DNA from: Candidatus Zixiibacteriota bacterium | GTDB taxonomy: Bacteria > Zixibacteria > MSB-5A5 > GN15 > JACZUZ01 | Assembly (NCBI GenBank): GCA_024280835.1 | Contig: JAJRPJ010000018.1 | Location: forward strand, 69,537-133,536 | Direction of reading: 5' to 3' | Length of the DNA: 64,000 nt | Notes under the pieces: generated by a model | The model's input: only the letters and a program-made list of their open reading frames with translations | What the model was told of the DNA's origin: nothing | Database searches by the model: none | Part shown: piece by piece, positions 27,228 to 37,700 of the stretch | Position numbering within the stretch: position 1 is the first letter of the stretch | Layout of the letters: each line of letters begins with the position of its first letter | Made by a program: the position numbers and the translations under genes

Positions 27228-30200
27228 TCAATTTGGTGGAGGCGGGCCACTCTTGAACAGATAGTTTATTAAGAACGATATATCTGTGACATTAACCTTG
27301 CCATTGAAATCGACATCAGCTGCATCAGGTGAAGCTGGGAATCTTCCAGAACGGAAGATAAAGTCGATTAGGAACACCGCATCGGTCAGATCTACTCTAG
27401 TATCACTATTTGAATCACCGCGTAAGAAGCCTTGAATCTGGAAAACTGTCCTAATTGTATCAGCGGCCCCTGCTGGATCGGTGACATAGAACTCCATAAA
27501 TGTTGTCGTTCCAGTATCTGACGGGAAGGGGTTGTAGATAAATGTACCCGCTCCATTTCCAGAGTCTATTAACGCCGCGCCAGATGGTGTCGGTGTTGAG
27601 GTTATTGCCAGCAAATCGAGATCTGCATCTGTCGCTTGCAAAGGAAGCACAAGTGGGGTTCCAGCAACAATCAGAGTTGTATCTGTCAAAGTCGTCAACC
27701 AAATTGGATTTTGGTTACCTGCTTCTATGACATCAATCTGTACCAATGTCGTTTCTGGTAGTATTCCATCTGTAGCGATAAAGCGAACGATATAACTCCC
27801 CGACTGAGTGAAATCAGGAGTGAAAGTAAACTGTAATTGATTGCTTGAACCACCGATGTTTGTAAAGGAGGCATTGAGCGGTAGGTTTTCACCAGTAACA
27901 ATCGGGAAAGTCAATGTAGTCGCCGCATCAGGATCATTGGCCTGGACAACAAAGCTAACAGTGTCACCTTCAAGAACCGTAACCGGCGAAGGTAACGCAT
28001 CAAATACTGGAGCGAGATTGATATCCATAACTATGAACTGCTTGTTATTTAATTGATCACTAAGAGTCGTATCAATCGCATCAACTGCAGTGAAGCTAAC
28101 CACATAGAAACTTCCAGGATTCGGGGCTCCTTGAGTAAAGTCTGGAGCAAATGTCATCACACCAACACCATTTCCAGAGTCCACAAATGTAAGATTCGGG
28201 ACGAAGCTCAATGTGTCCATTGTTAATGTGGCGAACGTGGCGTCGCCATCGAAGGCACGAATTACATATTGCAACACCTGACCTTCGTCGACTGTCTGAT
28301 TTTGCACAAACGGATCAGGTAAGAGAATAGGTACGACATTACTGTCGGTGACAGTAAAGATTATCAACATTGAATCCCTCAGCGCTGGGTCGAATTGATC
28401 GGTAGCAAAGAAGAGGACGTCATAGACCCCAGCTTCAAGATTCTGGGTCAACCAATTGATAGTACCTGATCCATCACCATTATCTGCAAATGTTACTTGG
28501 GCAGGTAGCGGAGTCAGCGGAACCATCGAAATGATTGGAATTGTTGAATCTGGATCTGTGGCCACTATTGTAAGATTGATTAGTTCTGTTTCAATAACTG
28601 GTTGCACCATGAATGTATCAAGTGGTAATTGTGGCGCTTGATTACCAGCGTCAATTACTGTAATCACCAAAGAGACTGAAGTAGTCAGGAATCCATCATC
28701 GACTGTCAGGAAGATAATAAATGCGCCTGATTGTACAAAGTTTGGTGCGAACGTCAGCGAACCTGTGCCGTCACCATTATCTACAAATGACGCACCAAGT
28801 GGCAACAATGAATCAACCGTCAAGGTCGGAATCGAACCATCAGGATCGGAGGCAACAATTGTATAATCTAGAATCTGACCTTCGACAACATTTGTATCAA
28901 CCGCCACATCAAAGACTGGGGCTTGATTACCAGCGTCATTAACTTGTATCAGCAATAATTTACGATCATTATCGACACCATCGAAGGCGATGAAGGCCAC
29001 GGCATATAACTGCGCAGCGCCACCAGAGCCGCCTTGGGTGAAACTAGGAGTGAAAGTCAATGCTCCAGCTCCATTGCCACTATCGATAAAGACAGCGTTC
29101 TCTGGCAAGTCCCGGGCAGACAAACTAGGGAATCCTCCATCAGGATCACTAGCGGCAACACGAACAGTAATTGTATTACCTTCAAGAACAGTCACTGGAC
29201 TTGGAGTGATTGAGTCAATCACCGGTGGAATATTATCAGGCACAATCGTGATAATAACATCCATCGTCGACGACAATGGCGGTATACCTTCATCAACAGC
29301 AAAGAAGCGAATCGTATCAACACCAGCTTGCAGACTATCTGGAGTCCAAGAGAAGGATCCAGTGTTATCCAAGTTGTCAGTGAAACTTGAATTCTGAGGC
29401 GGATTGGCGACAGACATTGTAATTCTGTTTCCTATATTTTGATCCGTGGAATCCACAGCGCTAACACTAAAAGAAACAGTACGGCCAATGAGAACACCTA
29501 CTGGATCAACCTGAGCTATTATCGGCGGCTGGTTGGATTCTAGGGTAGCAACTTGCACGCTCAACTGGGTTGTTACTGAAGGTATCCCATCGTCTGTGGC
29601 AAAGACTGTGAATGAACCAATACCAGCGTGCAAGAATGACGGACTGTAAGTCAAAACACCAACTCCATTGCCGCTATCTACAAAAACACTATTTGGTAAG
29701 CTGGTTGTCACCGTCAATGTCGGTGGCAAAATCCCGTCTGGATCTACCGCTGTAATGACCAAGGTCAAAACACTACCCTCAGCAATTGAGGTATCAGCTA
29801 TCTGCGTGATAACTGGCCCTTGATTACCTGTTTCGGTAACAGTGATTGAAATCGTTTGACTGTCGATAGCCAAGGCCGCGTCAGTGACTGTAAATGTAAC
29901 ACTGTAAACTCCAGCTTGAATGAAGTCTGGTGTCCAATCGAATTGACCAGTTCCATCGAGATTGTCGATGAATGTAGCGCCAGTCGGCAGGAGTGAAGTC
30001 GTCAGCGTTGGAATACCTTCTGGGTCAGAGCCGAAAACCAAGAAACTCAGCGAAGCGCCTTCACTTATAGCTTGATCTGTCAGAGTGGCAAGAACTGGTG
30101 GCTGGTTGCCGGCGTCAACGACTGTCAGAACCACAATCTCACTGTCTATTGCTAGGCCAGCATCTGTCGCAAAGAACGTAATGTTATAGACACCGTTATC

Positions 30201-33200
30201 AGCAAATCCTGGAGTCCAATCAAACGATCCCGCGCCATTTCCGCTATCGATGAAGGTAGCGCCTGTTGGCAGGGTAGAGGTTGACAGCGCTGGAATCGAT
30301 TCAGCGTCGGTAGCTATAACACCAAAATTGAGATTTGCATTCTCAACTACTGATTGCGGACCAATCAGCGCCAGAACTGGCGGCTGGTTTCCTACGTCAG
30401 TAACAGTAACGCTGATTATCTCAATAGCCACGGAACCAGAATCGTCAGTGGCGGTGAAAGTGACACTATAAACACCAGCGTCAGTAAAACTCGGCGTCCA
30501 ACTAAAGGCGCCAGTTCCATCAGCGTTATCTACAAACGATGCTCCTGATGGTAAAGCAGAAGTTGTTAGAGCTGGAATTGACTCACCGTCGGTAGCTACA
30601 ACTATGAAATTCAAGTTCACATTTTCGAAGACATTCTTGGCTCCAATAGCAGCCAGTACTGGGGTCTGATTTCCTGCTTCAGCGACAGTAATTGTGATAA
30701 GTTCACTATCGACCGCCAAAGCCGCATCAGTAGCGAAGAACGTAATTGATGCAACACCTGATTGACTAAAACCAGGAGTCCAATCAAAGACACCCGTTCC
30801 ATCGCCATTGTCGGTGAATATTGCGCCAGCTGGAAGTAAAGAAGTCGTCAATATAGGAATCGACTCAGCATCAGTAGCGCTAATTGGTAATGTTACAATG
30901 ACACCCTCGGGAGTTGTTTGTGAGCCAATCAAAGCCAAAACTGGTAATTGATTACCACCATCAATAACAGTGACTACCACAACCTCACTATCAACAGCGG
31001 CGCTGCCATCAGTGGCAAAGAACGTAATATTGAATGTGCCTGCGTCCGTAAAGCCCGGTGTCCAGCTAAAGGCTCCAGTTCCATCAGCATTATCAGTAAA
31101 AGTAGCGCCAGCAGGCAGAATCGAAGTTGTCAATGACGGAATTGATTCTGCATCAGTTGCGGAAACCGCAAAGCCCAAGAGAACATTTTCTGTGGTTGAT
31201 TGCGGGCCAATCGCGGCCAGCACAGGAAGTTGATTTCCAGCATCGGTAACCGTGATAGCCACAACTTCGCTATCTATCGCCAGTGAATCATCAGTTACAA
31301 AGAAAGTCACACTATAAACACCAGCGGCTGTGAAGACAGGAGTCCAGTTCAATGTTGCAGTTCCATTGCCATTATCTAGGAATGTGGCGCCAGTTGGTAG
31401 CGCCGATGAAGTTAACGCTAGTAATCCACCTTCGGCATCAGTAGCTGTTAGCGCAACAACTAGGGCTGCGCCCTCGGCGATGCTTTGCGCGCCAATTGCC
31501 GCCAGAACTGGAAGTTGGTTGCCAGCTTCGGTGACAGTGACGACAACGATTTCGCTATCAACCGCCAAAGCCGCATCGGTGGCAAAGAAAGTTATATTGT
31601 AAGAACCTGATTGAACGAAACTCGGCGTCCAACTTAGTGAACCAGTGCCATCAGCATTGTCAAGGAATGTCGCTCCCAACGGTAGCGCTGAGGTCGTCAA
31701 GACCGGAATTGATTCTGCGTCTGTCGCTGTTAGAGCAACATTCAGCGCTAATCCTTCAATTACATTTTGTGCGCCAATCGCCGCTAAGACTGGCAATTGA
31801 TTGCCGGACTCTGTAACCGTGATAGTGACTATTTCACTATCAACCGCCAAAGCCGCATCAGTCGCATAAAAAGTCACGCCATACACACCAGCTTGTACAA
31901 AGCTCGGGGTCCAAGTGAAGGCGCCTGTGCCATCACCATTGTCGGTGAATAGCGCGCCTGTCGGCAAAGCTGTTGTCGATAGAGCGGGTATTGATTCGGC
32001 GTCGGTCGCTGAGACACCAAATGCGATAATTGCGTTCTCGGCCGCTCCCTGCGCGCCGATTGCCGTCAAAACTGGCAATTGATTACCTGATTCAGTGACG
32101 GTGATTGAAACTACTTCACTGTCAACAGCCAAGACCACATCAGTGGCATAGAAAGTGACACTATAAACTCCCGCTTGCAAGAACGTTGGGGTCCAGGCCA
32201 AGGCGCCTGTGCCATCGGCGTTATCAAGGAATGTCGCTCCCAACGGTAGCGCTGAGGTCGTCAAGGTAGGAATTGATTCTGCGTCTGTGGCGGATACGGC
32301 CACATTGAGCGCCACGCCCTCAGCGACAGTTTGCGCTCCGATTGCCGCTAGAACTGGTAATTGGTTGCCAGCTTCAGTAACTGTTATCACCACGACCTCG
32401 CTATCAACAGCCAATGAATCGTCAGTAGCATAGAAGGTCACATTGAATAGACCAGCTTGAGTGAAGCTAGGTGTCCAGCTTAGTGTTCCTGTTCCATTGA
32501 GATTATCAACAAAAGTCGCCCCAGTTGGCAGAGCCGAAGTCGACAAAGCCGGAATTGATTCAACATCTGTCGCTGAGACAGGAACGTTCAATGCTGCGCC
32601 TTCGGTAATTGCCTGCGGACCAATTGCCGCCAAAACTGGAGGCAAGTTTGAAGTTTGATATGTATAGGCTCCAACCAAAGTATTTGAAGCCAGGCCCGAA
32701 CTGGTGTTGGTCATAGCCACATCAGCGAGACCAATTAATCCAGCTGGAGTCACGCCAGTCAAAGAGAATGGCGAAGTGACTGTGACACCGGTCAATGCTG
32801 AACCGGCAATTGTCGCCCCAGAGCCAGCGATATCAAAACCAGTTCCACTAATAGTAACAGTAGCCCCACCAGATGAGGCGCCATTGTTTGGAGTAATTCC
32901 GGTCAAAAGTGGCGCACTGATAATCGATGTATTAACTGTTGAAATCGCTGAGACTTGTGAAAAACTGCCCGAGCCATCTTCGGCGATAATCAAATAATTA
33001 TAGGAGTTCACACCATCAACTGTAGCGTCCACAAAGAAACTGTCAGCAACACCTGCATCAGTCAGTAAGCCAGCGGGATTGTCCAGACGGAAGAATGAAC
33101 CATTCGAGGTAGCGACCTGACGGTAAACGTGATAGGTGAGACTCGGTTGAGGTGTCCAAGTCACTACGACTGTCGATGCGGAAACGACACGGAGGTTCAA

Positions 33201-33647
33201 GCCCGTCGGTTGCGCTGGCCATGTGACTGGCGCCAGCAGGATATTCTCCTGCTGGAATGAGTTGTTCGGTATTAATTTACTCAGACGGAAGCCCTGATTA
33301 TTGGTAGTATTCAGGAAATAGTAATCATAGGGGTTTCCTGGTGCTTTAGTCAGGTAGTTCTGGAAGTCATCGAACCAATTACCAGCGTCATAACCAGCTC
33401 CAACTGAAGTTATGATTCTTAGTTCATCGTCTGTGCCATTGGTGAACCCGAAGAATGTCATTTGACCATTAGCGGGAACACTCAAGTCTGCGTTTTGCAC
33501 TGTGCCAAAAATTGAACCCTGCGCAAATGCTGAAAGCGGAGCAAACATCATCATCGCAAACACAAAGACAGAAGCTAACAAACAAAATCGTCTGCGCTCT
33601 GTGGGCTTAGTTCGTGTCATCTTTCTTCCTATAATTTCTTCCATCAT
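27228..33647 (-). CDS. Giant secreted adhesin-like protein: head domain + IPT/TIG + 18 cadherin-like/He_PIG repeats + C-terminal dockerin
   Basis: Signal peptide ...FAPLSAFA (alternative start ATG 33620 with AGGAAG SD). Head domain GSIFGTVQNADLSVPANG...NWFDDFQNYL...NNSFQQENI. IPT-like segment PLLTGITPNNGASSGGATVTISGTGF. 18 repeats carrying the (F/L)xWTPxFxQ(A/S)GxYxVTFxATD motif. C-terminal GDSNSDTRVDLTDAVFLIDFIF...DVDFNGKVNVTDISFLINYLFKSGPPPPN. Confidence 0.9.
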   Translation of the reverse strand: MMEEIIGRKMTRTKPTERRRFCLLASVFVFAMMMFAPLSAFAQGSIFGTVQNADLSVPANGQMTFFGFTNGTDDELRIITSVGAGYDAGNWFDDFQNYLTKAPGNPYDYYFLNTTNNQGFRLSKLIPNNSFQQENILLAPVTWPAQPTGLNLRVVSASTVVVTWTPQPSLTYHVYRQVATSNGSFFRLDNPAGLLTDAGVADSFFVDATVDGVNSYNYLIIAEDGSGSFSQVSAISTVNTSIISAPLLTGITPNNGASSGGATVTISGTGFDIAGSGATIAGSALTGVTVTSPFSLTGVTPAGLIGLADVAMTNTSSGLASNTLVGAYTYQTSNLPPVLAAIGPQAITEGAALNVPVSATDVESIPALSTSALPTGATFVDNLNGTGTLSWTPSFTQAGLFNVTFYATDDSLAVDSEVVVITVTEAGNQLPVLAAIGAQTVAEGVALNVAVSATDAESIPTLTTSALPLGATFLDNADGTGALAWTPTFLQAGVYSVTFYATDVVLAVDSEVVSITVTESGNQLPVLTAIGAQGAAENAIIAFGVSATDAESIPALSTTALPTGALFTDNGDGTGAFTWTPSFVQAGVYGVTFYATDAALAVDSEIVTITVTESGNQLPVLAAIGAQNVIEGLALNVALTATDAESIPVLTTSALPLGATFLDNADGTGSLSWTPSFVQSGSYNITFFATDAALAVDSEIVVVTVTEAGNQLPVLAAIGAQSIAEGAALVVALTATDAEGGLLALTSSALPTGATFLDNGNGTATLNWTPVFTAAGVYSVTFFVTDDSLAIDSEVVAITVTDAGNQLPVLAAIGPQSTTENVLLGFAVSATDAESIPSLTTSILPAGATFTDNADGTGAFSWTPGFTDAGTFNITFFATDGSAAVDSEVVVVTVIDGGNQLPVLALIGSQTTPEGVIVTLPISATDAESIPILTTSLLPAGAIFTDNGDGTGVFDWTPGFSQSGVASITFFATDAALAVDSELITITVAEAGNQTPVLAAIGAKNVFENVNLNFIVVATDGESIPALTTSALPSGASFVDNADGTGAFSWTPSFTDAGVYSVTFTATDDSGSVAIEIISVTVTDVGNQPPVLALIGPQSVVENANLNFGVIATDAESIPALSTSTLPTGATFIDSGNGAGSFDWTPGFADNGVYNITFFATDAGLAIDSEIVVLTVVDAGNQPPVLATLTDQAISEGASLSFLVFGSDPEGIPTLTTSLLPTGATFIDNLDGTGQFDWTPDFIQAGVYSVTFTVTDAALAIDSQTISITVTETGNQGPVITQIADTSIAEGSVLTLVITAVDPDGILPPTLTVTTSLPNSVFVDSGNGVGVLTYSPSFLHAGIGSFTVFATDDGIPSVTTQLSVQVATLESNQPPIIAQVDPVGVLIGRTVSFSVSAVDSTDQNIGNRITMSVANPPQNSSFTDNLDNTGSFSWTPDSLQAGVDTIRFFAVDEGIPPLSSTMDVIITIVPDNIPPVIDSITPSPVTVLEGNTITVRVAASDPDGGFPSLSARDLPENAVFIDSGNGAGALTFTPSFTQGGSGGAAQLYAVAFIAFDGVDNDRKLLLIQVNDAGNQAPVFDVAVDTNVVEGQILDYTIVASDPDGSIPTLTVDSLLPLGASFVDNGDGTGSLTFAPNFVQSGAFIIFLTVDDGFLTTSVSLVITVIDAGNQAPQLPLDTFMVQPVIETELINLTIVATDPDSTIPIISMVPLTPLPAQVTFADNGDGSGTINWLTQNLEAGVYDVLFFATDQFDPALRDSMLIIFTVTDSNVVPILLPDPFVQNQTVDEGQVLQYVIRAFDGDATFATLTMDTLSFVPNLTFVDSGNGVGVMTFAPDFTQGAPNPGSFYVVSFTAVDAIDTTLSDQLNNKQFIVMDINLAPVFDALPSPVTVLEGDTVSFVVQANDPDAATTLTFPIVTGENLPLNASFTNIGGSSNQLQFTFTPDFTQSGSYIVRFIATDGILPETTLVQIDVIEAGNQNPIWLTTLTDTTLIVAGTPLVLPLQATDADLDLLAITSTPTPSGAALIDSGNGAGTFIYNPFPSDTGTTTFMEFYVTDPAGAADTIRTVFQIQGFLRGDSNSDTRVDLTDAVFLIDFIFRSGRFPASPDAADVDFNGKVNVTDISFLINYLFKSGPPPPN
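27468..32648 (-). repeat. Array of 18 tandem ~94-110-aa cadherin-like/He_PIG coding repeats
   Basis: Counted from the recurring ...NQ(L/A/P)PV(L/I)...A(T/S)D...LPxGA(T/S)FxDNxDGTGxFxWTPxF...VTFxATD...DSExVxITV unit. The first ~10 repeats are well conserved and the last ~8 are divergent. Confidence 0.8.
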
Positions 33648-34729
33648 AAACTTCCTGTAAATGAACCGTTAGTATTAAATGTAGCTGAAGGGTTTATCGA
33701 TCCTGTTGTCCCGCATTCGGGCCATGAACCACCTGTAAATATCCATGAGACTAAATATGTCACATCGGCAATATTAACTTTGTTGTCGCCATTGGCATCG
33801 GCTTGATCACGACACTCAGGCGCAGAGCCGCCAGTGAAAATAAACGAAATTAGAAAAGTAATATCTGCAATATTGCTTTTTCCGTCCTTGTTTGCGTCTC
33901 CTGCAGTTTGACAGCATCCCGAACTCCCAAAAACAGAAATCTCGGAACGACTCGAATAAACGCCAGCCGCATTTTCTCCAATAATCAGATAATCAAATTC
34001 TGTGGAACCGTCGACTGCGGTATCAATATAGACACTATCAGCGATGCCCTGATCCGATAATGCGCCTGACGGGTTATCGATCCGGAAAAATGAACCAGCC
34101 GCTGTTTGGGCTCGTCTGTAAATGTGATATGTCAATGACGAGTCATAATCCCAGCGTAGATTTACTTGGCTGACGCTTACATTGGTGACGGTTAGTCCAG
34201 TTGGTTGTGACGGCCATAACACTGGAGTAAGTGTAATATTTTCTTGCTGAAAAGAATTATTCGGAATCATACCGCTGAGCTGCACACCTTCATTGCTTGT
34301 GGCGTGCAAAAAGTAATAAGCATATAGAGCCCCTGGTGATTCAGCGAGATAGTTTTGGAAATCATCGAACCAATTACCATTGTCATATCCTGCGCCGATT
34401 GAAATATCGGTACGAATTTCAGCGTCGGAGCCATTGATGAATCCGAAGAAAGAAACAGAGCCATTTACTGGAATAGATAAATCAGCTTTTTCTACATTGC
34501 CGAAAATAGATCCCTGAGCCAAAGCCCAAGACGGCACAACAGAAACAAGTAGCAAAGCGCAAATGCAATATTTTGCGCATAAACTCGCGCAATATGCACA
34601 TTTATTACTTAAGAGATGGTTGCTCAATAACTGATTGCCTTCAAGCTGACCGTTTGAACCAAACACAGCAATAGCCCTTGCCTGAGCAAGGACTTGAATT
34701 TCACTTATCTGTTGGTTTCTCTGTCTCAT
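33644..34729 (-). CDS. Secreted head-domain + dockerin protein (paralog of the 2139-aa N-terminus without the repeat array)
   Basis: Signal peptide CALLLVSVVPSWALA, then GSIFGNVEKADLSIPVNG...NWFDDFQNYL...NNSFQQENI, colinear with the 2139-aa head. Dockerin CCQTAGDANKDGKSNIADITFLISFIFTGGSAPEC..DANGDNKVNIADVTYLVSWIFTGGSWPEC. The stop overlaps the next ATG (ATGA). The true start is uncertain because the N-terminal extension is odd. Confidence 0.8.
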   Translation of the reverse strand: MRQRNQQISEIQVLAQARAIAVFGSNGQLEGNQLLSNHLLSNKCAYCASLCAKYCICALLLVSVVPSWALAQGSIFGNVEKADLSIPVNGSVSFFGFINGSDAEIRTDISIGAGYDNGNWFDDFQNYLAESPGALYAYYFLHATSNEGVQLSGMIPNNSFQQENITLTPVLWPSQPTGLTVTNVSVSQVNLRWDYDSSLTYHIYRRAQTAAGSFFRIDNPSGALSDQGIADSVYIDTAVDGSTEFDYLIIGENAAGVYSSRSEISVFGSSGCCQTAGDANKDGKSNIADITFLISFIFTGGSAPECRDQADANGDNKVNIADVTYLVSWIFTGGSWPECGTTGSINPSATFNTNGSFTGSL

Positions 34730-34774
34730 CTATCTTCTGTTATTTGCCTCTAATTGAGTCAATTCAGCTACCTG

Positions 34775-37700
34775 TTAAGGGCTGGGGAAACTCCCATTAG
34801 CGGCGGCATTCGCCTGATATGGTTTTCCTGGCGTGACTGGGAAGTTAGTTCCGAATCCAGCTGAGAAACGCGACTGATAGCTCTGCGAGCCAGCCACGAA
34901 ATTATTCACTGTATTGAGCGTTCCAGGGACATTATTGATAATGTCCTGAGCTACAGAGAAGTCCACTTGACGCTCAAATGGTATCATCAGGAAGTTGAAA
35001 TCGTTGGTCGCCGTCGTAATTATCGGATAGCTAACCGCGCCAGGAGCAGGAATCGCCCCAGCTATACTAAAGACAGTATTCACCGATGCATTTACCTGAT
35101 ATATACCGCCAACGCTTACTGCAAAATTCACTCCAAAACCAGCGGCAAAGCGAGATTCAAAGCTTTGCGAGGCCGCCACAAAATTGTTCAAAGTCAGCAC
35201 ATTGCTTGAACCGATGGCCGAAATTAGCTGGTCGGCGGTGGTGATACCTGTATTGGCAAATGGTATGGCAATCAAATTGAAGTTCGTAGTCGAAGTCACT
35301 ACTATTTGATAGTCAAATTCGCCAACACGATTTGAGAGCGCCGAACGTCTACCAAAACCATCAACAGCTTCAATCACATAGAAGTACTGAACTAATGTGT
35401 CACCGATGACATTACCCCCGCCGATATTGTTGTCTGTAAAGGTAATCGTGGCTGTTCCTGTAAAGCCAATCGAATCCAAAGCAGTCGGAGTGAAATAGGC
35501 GCTTGTGCCACGATAGATTACATAATGATCTACAGTTGTCGCCAAACCGCCTGTATCGAGCGTGATTGGTGACCAATCTAGTTGCATAGCATCCAAAGCA
35601 ATCAACGCGCTCAAATCAGCAACAGCTAATGGCGGCGCGGCATTGCCAGCCTCAACAACTGTGATACTCACAACTTCGCTGTCAACAGCTAGCGAATCAT
35701 CTGTAGCAAAGAAGGTCACCGAATAGATTCCAGCTTGCGTGAAATCAGGAGTCCAAGTCAATGAGCCAGTCCCGTTGAGATTGTCGGTGAAGACTGCTCC
35801 GATTGGAAGCGCAGTGGTCGTTAGAATCGGTGTCGACTCTTGATCAGTTGCCGAAACGGGGAAGTTCAAAGTAACATTTTCACTAACAGACTGAGAACCA
35901 ATGAAGGCCAATATCGGTAATTGATTGCCCACTTCCACAACAGTGATAGTAACAGTCTCACCGCTTGCCGCCAGTGAATCATCGGTGGCGAAGAAGTTGA
36001 TATTGTAAATTCCTGCTTGCGTAAATGTTGGCGTCCAGTTGAATGTCCCTGTGCCATCACCATTGTCATTGAATGTGGCGCCAGATGGTAGCGCCGAAGT
36101 TGTCAGGGCTGGGATTGATTCTGCGTCACTGGCGCTGACTATGAAACTCAGCAATGTATTCTCTGGTATTGATTGCGCTCCAATAGCAACCAAGACAGGC
36201 GACTGATTGCCAGCTTCAATAACTGTGATTGTGACAATTTCACTATCAACAGCAGTCGAGGCGTCAGTGGCAAAGAAAGTGACATTATAGACACCAGACT
36301 GTAAGAATGTCGGTGTCCAAGAAAGAGCTCCTGTTCCATCGGCATTATCGACGAATGTTGCTCCAGTCGGCAGAGCCGAAGTAGACAATGTTGGGGTTGA
36401 TTCTGCGTCCGTTGCGCTAATGGCAACATTCAAAGCATTATTCTCAAGAATTGATTGAGCGCCTATCGTCACTAACACTGGTAGTTGGTTGCCAGATTCG
36501 GTAACCGTGATTACAACAACTTCACTGTCAACGGCCAGAACTGCATCAGTGGCAAAGAAAGTCACAGAATAAATACCCGCTTGAGTGAATGTCGGTGTCC
36601 AACTAAAGGCGGCTGTACCATCGGCGTTATCTACGAACGTTGCTCCCAATGGCAATGCGCTAGAAGTCAACACTGGGATTGTTTCGGCGTCGGTGGCGCT
36701 GAGAGCCAAATTCAAAGCGACATTTTCAGAAACCGTTTGTGCGCCAATAGCCGCCAAAACTGGTAATTGGTTGCCCACTTCTGTAACAGTGATTGTAACA
36801 ATCTCACTGTCTACAGCTAGGGAAACATCGGTAGCATAGAAGGTTACTGAATAAACTCCTGATTGAGTAAAGGTTGGAGTCCAGTTGAAAGCTCCTGTGC
36901 CGTCGCCATTGTCAATGAAGCTTGCGCCAGTTGGCAGGGCAGTAGTAGTCAGCGTTGGAATTGATTCAGCGTCAGTTGCCGAAAGAGCAAAACCAAGAGC
37001 GACATTCTCAGCAACTGTTTGCGCGCCAATTGCAGCGAGAACCGGCAATTGGTTACCAGCTTCGATAACAGTGATTGCAACTACTTCAGAATCTGTCAGA
37101 ACACCATCAGATGCGCCAAAGGTCACTGAATAGACACCAGCTTGCACGAATGTAGGATTCCAGCTGAATGCACCTGTGCCATCACCATTGTCAATGAAAC
37201 TTGCTCCAGCGGGAAGAGCGCTGGTTGTCAGAGGTGGAATTGTGCCGTCCGCATCAGTAACGCTGACCACAAAATTCAAGGCCGCGCCTTCAGTTACGGA
37301 TTTCGCACCGATAAGCGCTATGACTGGCGCTTGGTTGCCAGCTTCACTGACACTAATAGTAACTATTTCACTGTCTGAGACGATTCCATCCGAGGCAAAG
37401 AATGTTACAACATAAGTTCCACTCTGCGTGAAATTCGGAGTCCAATCAAGGCCACCAGTTCCATCACCGTTGTCGGTGAAAGTTGCTCCTAGAGGAACAT
37501 TGGTAGCCGACAAAGTCGGGATTGTCGCATCAGCATCAGTGGCAGAAATCCCAAAGTTCAGATTCGCGCCCTCACTAACACCCTTAGGACCGATAGCCGC
37601 CAGAACAGGAGCTTGGTTGCCAGCCGAGTTGACAGTGATAGAAACTACTTCGCTGTCGATTAGTAATCCATCTGAGACAAAGAACGTAACTGAGTAAACT

